From the NCBI GenBank assembly GCA_934131175.1, contig CAKOZD010000016.1, positions 8,302 through 40,301 of the forward strand: 32,000 nt of DNA, written 5' to 3'. This DNA comes from an uncultured Bacilli bacterium. Lineage in GTDB: Bacteria > Bacillota_I > Bacilli_A > RF39 > UBA660. Every line of letters starts with the position of its first letter. Position 1 is the first letter of the stretch. The position numbers and the translations under genes were made by a program. Below are positions 26,620 through 32,000 of this stretch, in pieces. The notes beneath the pieces were generated by a model, which searched no databases, had not been told where the DNA came from, and saw only the letters and a list, made by a program, of their open reading frames with translations.

Positions 26620-27981
26620 TTAATTTAAATCTAAAATGTATGGATTATTTTCTTCTCCAGTTCCAGACTTTATATTTATTTCATTTTTAATTACAATTGA
26701 AGGTCTTACTCCTAATTGGTCACTTACTTTAGCACTTGATAATATTTCTGTTTTAGAAGATGTATCAATATTTGAATTTGTATCATAGCTATATGGAGTC
26801 ATTGTAAAGAACACTTCATCATTTGAAAAATTATTAACTAAACCAACTTCTTCTGATGTTAATAGTGCAACTGGATACGTTAACATTCCATTTCCATTTC
26901 TTACACTTACTGTGAAAGCATCTCTTGTGTTTTGACACGTTAAACTTATATTTGTTTTAGTATAATTTAATTTATTGGTATGCCATGAATTAAATATATT
27001 TAATTTATTTGTTGAATCTTCATCTTTATTTTTTATACTTCCTGTATATAAATCTCTATTATTACACCATACTGAGTCTTCTAAATATTTTGTATAGTCT
27101 ATCATATTATTTTTATACCATTCATCTATTTCTTTTTTTATATTTGAGTCAGTTATATTTACAAAACTTTTTTCTTTTATTGTATCTATTGTTGCTCCAC
27201 TTGATAATTCAAAATATTTAGATGTTATATCACTAGAAAAATCAGTTACATAATATACTTTTGAACAATAATTTTTTGCATCAAAACATGTATAGTGATA
27301 TTTAGTTGCTAATGTATTTTTATCATTTGTCCATGATGTTGATATATAATCATCACTTAAAACATAAGTATCTGTATCTTTATTATATGTTACATTATTT
27401 GAATAAACATATTCATAATCCTGTTTTGTCATATCCTTTTCTTCTTGTTTATAAGAAACTCCATACATATATCCAACATCTGTTAAACTATTACTATCTG
27501 AATTAAAATTTGTAATTGTAAGTAAAGAGTCTTCACCAGTATTTGTACATACTCCATTTGAATCAGGTTTACCATTATATAAAATTTTTGTTCCACCCTT
27601 TTCTGTTGTTCTAATTATCTTCCAACAGTATCCAGCAAAATTAACATTATTATTAGTTGTATTTCCTCTAAAATATTTAATTGGAAATTCATCAGTTATA
27701 GTTTCATTTTTTAAATATATTCCTTTTCCATTAGTATCAGAAGATTCTTGATTAAAATCTATACCATCAGTATTTTTAACATAATCACTTTCTATATTAT
27801 CTTCTACTGCATTGCATCCTATTCTTTTATATAAATTTTTGACTGCATTACAATTTTTCTTCTTTACTGTGACATTTGAATCAATAGTCAATGTTGTTGA
27901 AAGGAATGCATATCCTATACTTACTGAAAAAAACAATATTAAAATTAATGTTATATATATTTCTTTTCTTGTATATTTCAT
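26620..27981 (-). CDS. non-diversified paralogue of the DGR target that lacks the TasA-like and Ig-like domains
   Basis: It shares the signal/N-terminal strand (SIGYAFLSTTLTIDSNV) and blocks such as YFRGN..NNVNFAGYCWKIIR, VGYMYG and EWYKNN...WCNNRD. Its C-terminus is MTPYSY...QLGVRPSIV. Confidence 0.7.
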   Translation of the reverse strand: MKYTRKEIYITLILILFFSVSIGYAFLSTTLTIDSNVTVKKKNCNAVKNLYKRIGCNAVEDNIESDYVKNTDGIDFNQESSDTNGKGIYLKNETITDEFPIKYFRGNTTNNNVNFAGYCWKIIRTTEKGGTKILYNGKPDSNGVCTNTGEDSLLTITNFNSDSNSLTDVGYMYGVSYKQEEKDMTKQDYEYVYSNNVTYNKDTDTYVLSDDYISTSWTNDKNTLATKYHYTCFDAKNYCSKVYYVTDFSSDITSKYFELSSGATIDTIKEKSFVNITDSNIKKEIDEWYKNNMIDYTKYLEDSVWCNNRDLYTGSIKNKDEDSTNKLNIFNSWHTNKLNYTKTNISLTCQNTRDAFTVSVRNGNGMLTYPVALLTSEEVGLVNNFSNDEVFFTMTPYSYDTNSNIDTSSKTEILSSAKVSDQLGVRPSIVIKNEINIKSGTGEENNPYILDLN

Positions 27982-28004
27982 AAAACTATTCCTTTCTAAA
28001 AAAC

Positions 28005-28622
28005 TTATTTTTCAAATGAAAATCTTTCACTACTTTTTTTCACATCATCTTTTTTTCTTACTGGAGATATTTTATATGCTTTATCATTTGGTAACTTTAT
28101 TATTGTTGTTTTACTTATTTCGTTTAATGTTTCTTCATCTATATCTCCTTTATTTTTATTCTTGATTTTATTATTATTAATTTCTATCTCAAGAGGTGAT
28201 AAAATATCATCATTCTTTTTTAGAATAAATATTATAGCTTGGTTTTGATCAAACAAAATAAATGAACAATTATCTGTTTGTTTAAAAAAGTAAATCATTT
28301 TTCTTAATTCTGTTTGAGCATCAATTAAGTCATCTATTGAATTAACTAAAATTATTTTCTCACTATCTATAACTGGAACCTTTCTTGTTTCAACTAATAC
28401 TGAATCATATGTTTTTAATATTTTCTTTAATTTTGTTTCATACTTTTCTTCGTTTGTATCTCCAGCAAATCTATATGTTAATTCTTGAATTATAAATGAT
28501 ACTGCTATTGCTAATACAATAACTGCATAATTTATATAACTATTCATAATCAAATACCCCCCAAAAAGCACAACTGCTAAAATAAATATATCAAATATTA
28601 TTAATTTATCTTTCTTTGTCAT
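28005..28622 (-). CDS. membrane protein with two N-terminal TM helices, function unknown
   Basis: ORF tightly packed between the signal peptidase gene and the paralogue gene. Confidence 0.5.
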   Translation of the reverse strand: MTKKDKLIIFDIFILAVVLFGGYLIMNSYINYAVIVLAIAVSFIIQELTYRFAGDTNEEKYETKLKKILKTYDSVLVETRKVPVIDSEKIILVNSIDDLIDAQTELRKMIYFFKQTDNCSFILFDQNQAIIFILKKNDDILSPLEIEINNNKIKNKNKGDIDEETLNEISKTTIIKLPNDKAYKISPVRKKDDVKKSSERFSFEK

Positions 28623-28626
28623 ACAC

Positions 28627-29787
28627 TTATCCTTTCTGAGAAATTAGTTCAGATATAAATACACTTGGATATGAAATATATGGTATTTTTCCTATAACTT
28701 TTCCCTTTATATTCTTTAATTTTATTTCAACATTATCTTCTGTATTATTGGCATCACCTTTTGTTATATATATCTTTTCATCATTTTTAATCATTGTTTT
28801 GACTATCCTATGTATTATTATTCTGTCACTTGTCTTATAAGCGATAATGTCTCCTTTTTTTATTTCTTTTTCATTTTTTATCTTCTTAATAATTACTGCG
28901 TCCCCTTTGCTTATTTTTGGTTGCATTGAATTTGAACCAATTCCAAGCATTTGATATTTAAACACCCCTGACGTTAACAGTATTAGAACTAAAATAATAA
29001 TTACTAATGGAATATCATATAATTTTATAGATTTTTCTTTAAATTCATGTTTAATTGGTTCTCTACTATATTGTTCAACAATAGATGACGTACTTATATA
29101 TATCATTATTGGTAAAGTTATTAATATCATTGAATTAAAATAGTCACCTAAATTTGGAAATATTGGTAAAAGGTATTTATACAAATCCATTACTAAACGA
29201 TATATTACTGAACTTTTTAATCCAGCATAATATGTTAAATAACTTAATGATGCATTTTTTATTATTATTGGTAATATAACCGATGATGTTATTTCAAACA
29301 CATTTTTAAAATTATAATTAATTATTGGTCTGATTGTTATCGTTAATTCTAATAAAATTAAACCTATTGTAAATAGAGTTATATCTTTTTTCTTATCAGT
29401 GTTTGATGATATAAAAATATATCTTATTAATTCTGTTGCAATAATAATTATTATTGGTGAAAGCATATTTTCAAATATCTTATTTATTTTTAATGAGTAA
29501 GCATTTTTCAAGAAACCAGTAAAGAAACCTAATAAATACATTATTGCAAAGGTAATTACAACAAAAAAGATTGTGTTTTTTAATAAATCATCTTTTATTT
29601 TTGTTTTCTTATCTTTTCTATAACCATATATTAAAAGTAAAATACTTAATAATATTATTAAAAATCCAGCAGTTAGTGTTTCTGAGTAAGCAGGGATTCT
29701 TGTAAATATAATGAATTTATAAAAAAGTATATATAGGAGTATTACTAATAATAAAATATAATTTTTTAAATTTCTTTTCATTTTCAT
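28627..29787 (-). CDS. SipW-type (S26B, archaeal/ER-type) signal peptidase I fused to an N-terminal polytopic membrane domain
   Basis: The C-terminal roughly 110 aa carry GSNSMQPKISKGD (catalytic Ser), IIIHRIV (His) and TKGDANN. About 270 aa with 7-8 hydrophobic helices precede them. Confidence 0.7.
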   Translation of the reverse strand: MKMKRNLKNYILLLVILLYILFYKFIIFTRIPAYSETLTAGFLIILLSILLLIYGYRKDKKTKIKDDLLKNTIFFVVITFAIMYLLGFFTGFLKNAYSLKINKIFENMLSPIIIIIATELIRYIFISSNTDKKKDITLFTIGLILLELTITIRPIINYNFKNVFEITSSVILPIIIKNASLSYLTYYAGLKSSVIYRLVMDLYKYLLPIFPNLGDYFNSMILITLPIMIYISTSSIVEQYSREPIKHEFKEKSIKLYDIPLVIIILVLILLTSGVFKYQMLGIGSNSMQPKISKGDAVIIKKIKNEKEIKKGDIIAYKTSDRIIIHRIVKTMIKNDEKIYITKGDANNTEDNVEIKLKNIKGKVIGKIPYISYPSVFISELISQKG

Positions 29788-29847
29788 CCCTTCTTCTATA
29801 CTTATATATAGATACCTGCTCTATATTTATATATAAATATAGAAGTT

Positions 29848-29872
29848 GCAGCTTGGATTTTCACCAAGCTGC
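29848..29872 (-). terminator. GC-rich hairpin after the small TasA-like gene (possible partial terminator)
   Basis: GCAGCTTGG (29848-29856) / CCAAGCTGC (29864-29872) with a 7-nt loop. The T tract on the minus strand is weak. Confidence 0.45.
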
Positions 29873-29884
29873 TATATCTATTTA

Positions 29885-30424
29885 TTAATCTTGAACATAG
29901 TTCATTGCAAATGTTAAATTTAATGTTTGTGCGTCTGTAGGTAATTGATTATTTGAAATATTTTTATCAAATTCAACTCTTACCCTTAATGTTTTTGTTG
30001 CTCCAACAGCTAATTTATCATCTGCTTTAATTGCAGTACCATCACTATATTTAACTGTATAATTTGTATAAACATCTTGTTCTGTTGATACTCCGCTTAA
30101 TATAGGTGCATCACCTAATTTTGCAGCAATAGTTCCATTGTTTGTAACATCTACTGTAAATTCATAAAAATCACCTGGTTTAGTTAATTCAACATTGTAA
30201 TCAACTGTTGTTGTGGCACTATCAATTGCAGCTGCTTTTGTTGCTGATACACTACCTGATGTAACTTGTAAATTTGTAAAATGTACATCCCATGAAGCAT
30301 TATTAATTTTTGAAGTTCCCTTAATATTTAAAGTTGTGCTTAGAGCTGCGTATCCAACTGTAATAGTTAATAGTAATAAGGCTAGTAGTGATAAAACAAC
30401 TTTTTTACCGTTTTTTTTCTTCAA
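29885..30424 (-). CDS. small secreted TasA/camelysin-like protein (candidate major fibre subunit)
   Basis: The signal ends in TVGYA. LTKPGDFYEFTVDVTNNGTIAAKL resembles TasA NLKPGDKLTKDFQFENNGSLAIKEV. The protein is collinear with residues of about 30-185 of the 912-aa target (both end in ...NYVQD). Confidence 0.6.
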   Translation of the reverse strand: MKKKNGKKVVLSLLALLLLTITVGYAALSTTLNIKGTSKINNASWDVHFTNLQVTSGSVSATKAAAIDSATTTVDYNVELTKPGDFYEFTVDVTNNGTIAAKLGDAPILSGVSTEQDVYTNYTVKYSDGTAIKADDKLAVGATKTLRVRVEFDKNISNNQLPTDAQTLNLTFAMNYVQD

Positions 30425-30513
30425 GATTTCACCTCCTCACTGCTTTTTATTTATCTTTTTTGTATATTTCTATAAAAAAGATGAATAATATAATTAAGAT
30501 AGACATGCTTTTT

Positions 30514-30536
30514 TCATAATATTTGCTATATTATGA
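30514..30536. repeat. recombinase-core-like dyad, copy A
   Basis: TCATAATAT-TTGCT-ATATTATGA. It is the reverse complement of copy B at 31857-31879. Confidence 0.6.
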
Positions 30537-30594
30537 AAAAAAAGATAAAAATAAATAATATCAATGATTCTATCTTTTTTGACTAATAATTTGA

Positions 30595-31683
30595 CTAATA
30601 ATTTATAAAGATTGTATTAAAAAATTCTTTCTTGTATTCTAGATTTGAATGCACATATATTGATAATGTCGTTTTTACATTTGAATGACCAAGAACTTCA
30701 CTAAGTGATTTTATATCAAATCCAAGATGACAGCATCTTGTTGCAAATGTATGCCTTAAAATATGAAAATTGTAATCCTTCATATCAAGATTTTTTAATA
30801 TTTTCTTATAATTATAATAAAAAGTTCTTGTATCTATTGCCTTTATAGAATTTGTTAAAACAAAATTTCTTTCATTATTTGAAATTAGTTTTCTATGTTC
30901 AAGCAAACATTTTAAAATAACTTTGTCTAATGGAATAACCCTAATAGAATTATCTGTTTTTGCTGAATTTAAAATAACTTTTGTCTTCTCAAATTTTTTA
31001 CCATCATTTGTTTTAACTCTAGACAAAGTATATTCTACTGTTAATACTTTATTTTCAAAATCAACGTTTTTCCACTTTAAAGCACAGACTTCGCCTAGTC
31101 TTAATCCAGTATGTAGTGAAATTAATATACCTAATGTATACTTATTTAAATTTAATATTGAGTAGTTTTCAATCCTTTTTAATTCATTATCATTCAACGT
31201 TTTTAATATCTTTTTATGTGTTTTAGGTAATTTAATTTCAAAATTTAATCCAGAATATTTTAGAATTGATTTAAAAATGACCATTACTTGTTTTAAAGTA
31301 TTCTCATTTATTTCATTTTTTTTACTATACATAAAATTGTAAATCATTGATTCTGAAATTTGATTCGTTTTTAAATTGCCAAATGTTGGTTTTATATGCT
31401 TGTTTATAATATTTGAATAATAATTTAATGTACTTAATTTTAGATTTATTTTATTTTTATTTAACCATTCATTTATTTTTACATTGAATAAATCATTATC
31501 TATTTTTTCAATATTTTGATTTATTCTGAGCATTATTTCAGTACGTTTATTTTTTACTTCTTGATACGTCTTACCATAAACATAACCATAAATATTTTTT
31601 CCAGAATAGTCTCTTCCTTTTACATATCTTGCTTCCCATCTTCCATCTTTTCTATAAAAGATATTTTCACCTTTACGAGCCAT
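30595..31683 (-). CDS. tyrosine recombinase / phage-type integrase
   Basis: The C-terminal catalytic region has HTGLRLGE, HILRHTFAT and LGHSNVKTTLSIYVH (R..H-x-x-R..Y). The N-terminal MARKGENIFYRKDGRWEARY is typical of arm-binding domains. GGGAGG sits 9 nt before the ATG. Confidence 0.85.
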   Translation of the reverse strand: MARKGENIFYRKDGRWEARYVKGRDYSGKNIYGYVYGKTYQEVKNKRTEIMLRINQNIEKIDNDLFNVKINEWLNKNKINLKLSTLNYYSNIINKHIKPTFGNLKTNQISESMIYNFMYSKKNEINENTLKQVMVIFKSILKYSGLNFEIKLPKTHKKILKTLNDNELKRIENYSILNLNKYTLGILISLHTGLRLGEVCALKWKNVDFENKVLTVEYTLSRVKTNDGKKFEKTKVILNSAKTDNSIRVIPLDKVILKCLLEHRKLISNNERNFVLTNSIKAIDTRTFYYNYKKILKNLDMKDYNFHILRHTFATRCCHLGFDIKSLSEVLGHSNVKTTLSIYVHSNLEYKKEFFNTIFINY

Positions 31684-31856
31684 ATAATTTTACCTCCCTA
31701 ATGACTAATATTTTGACTAGTAATTATTTAAATTACATATTTATATTCAACATATTTTGACATTTTTTTACTAAAATTGACAAAAATTACAAAATAATAT
31801 TGAATTTAGAATTTAATTATTATACAATAAGAGTGTAAGATAGTAGTAAATAAGTT

Positions 31857-31879
31857 TCATAATATAGCAAATATTATGA
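31857..31879. repeat. recombinase-core-like dyad, copy B
   Basis: TCATAATAT-AGCAA-ATATTATGA, followed by T8 on the plus strand. Confidence 0.6.
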
Positions 31880-31928
31880 TTTTTTTTGCGGATTTTTTGA
31901 AAAAAGTTATATAAAAAAAGAAGAGTTT

Positions 31929-32000
31929 TTACTCTTCCTCTAATGCAGTTATTTCTTCTTCTGTTAGATTAGTAAGCTCAGATATTAAAGATTTATCCAT
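31929..32000 (-). CDS. 3' end of a second Rpn-family gene, which continues beyond the window
   Basis: Positions 31921-32000 match 20218-20298 with one substitution (synonymous, GAG/GAA) and one 1-nt indel in the terminator loop. Confidence 0.5.
   Translation of the reverse strand: MDKSLISELTNLTEEEITALEEE

Larger units (their letters stand above)
20710..31920 (-). mobile_element. putative integrase-associated genomic island carrying the fibre locus and the DGR
   Basis: It is bounded by direct copies of the Rpn-like gene's 3' end, with an integrase at the right edge. All genes are co-oriented. Exact ends are not established. Confidence 0.35.

Noticed and set aside
26700-26830. There could be a second variable repeat at the C-terminus of the 453-aa paralogue, possibly the cognate of TR-1.
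   Set aside because: The protein-level scaffold is homologous, but the DNA is AT-rich with no nucleotide similarity to TR-1 or TR-2. It cannot be a homing target.
536-31701. The track lists ORFs embedded in or overlapping the long genes. Most are antisense: 536..796, 10850..11092, 12307..12738, 14436..14816, 15537..15818, 16835..17206, 18205..18423, 18748..19173, 19819..20037, 26436..26690, 27009..27221, 27306..27506, 27812..28165, 30213..30488, 30923..31165 and 31516..31701. One, 8450..8683, lies on the same strand in another frame.
   Set aside because: Each lies within or overlapping a longer ORF that has recognisable motifs or clear membrane/secreted character. Their low-complexity, Leu/Ile/Phe/Ser-rich translations are typical of off-frame or antisense reading of AT-rich genes, and none has an RBS.
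31799-31887. A plus-strand TTGAAT-17-TACAAT promoter plus the hairpin-T8 at 31857-31887 might define a small RNA of about 50 nt.
   Set aside because: Promoter-like hexamers are frequent by chance in DNA this AT-rich. I treat the hairpin as part of the inverted-dyad observation unless transcript data show otherwise.
20227-31920. The block could be a prophage, as in the classic phage-borne DGR.
   Set aside because: There are no capsid, portal, terminase, tail or lysis genes. The content is an integrase, a fibre/secretion locus and the DGR.

Overview
The window is very AT-rich and looks like a low-GC Firmicutes chromosome. Almost every gene is on the minus strand. Positions 1-20200 carry ordinary housekeeping and accessory genes. 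These are a cupin/CMD/flavodoxin cluster with a flavodoxin gene remnant, an MGMT-like protein, a Fur-family regulator with a 10-TM metal-exporter-like permease, and hsp20 behind a CIRCE operator. They continue with a DUF2130-like protein, a GH13 amylase-family enzyme, three polysaccharide genes, a surface protein, a four-gene copper operon (copA, copZ), an XRE regulator and gpmI. Positions 20200-32000 form an accessory block of about 11.7 kb. It is bracketed by near-identical copies of the 3' end of an Rpn-like gene and has a tyrosine integrase at one end. Inside it is a complete diversity-generating retroelement (DGR): an RT with IGNxxSQ and YMDD motifs, Avd, a MutS-domain-I-like protein and a small membrane ORF. 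The DGR has two tandem but different GC-rich template repeats. One matches a variable repeat with 20 mismatches, all at template adenines. The variable repeat closes a 912-aa secreted protein whose N-terminus resembles TasA/camelysin. Next to it are a shorter non-diversified paralogue, a small TasA-like protein and a SipW-type signal peptidase fused to a polytopic membrane domain. I read this as a DGR-diversified adhesin on a TasA/SipW-type fibre. All family assignments were made by eye from motifs, with no searches run.
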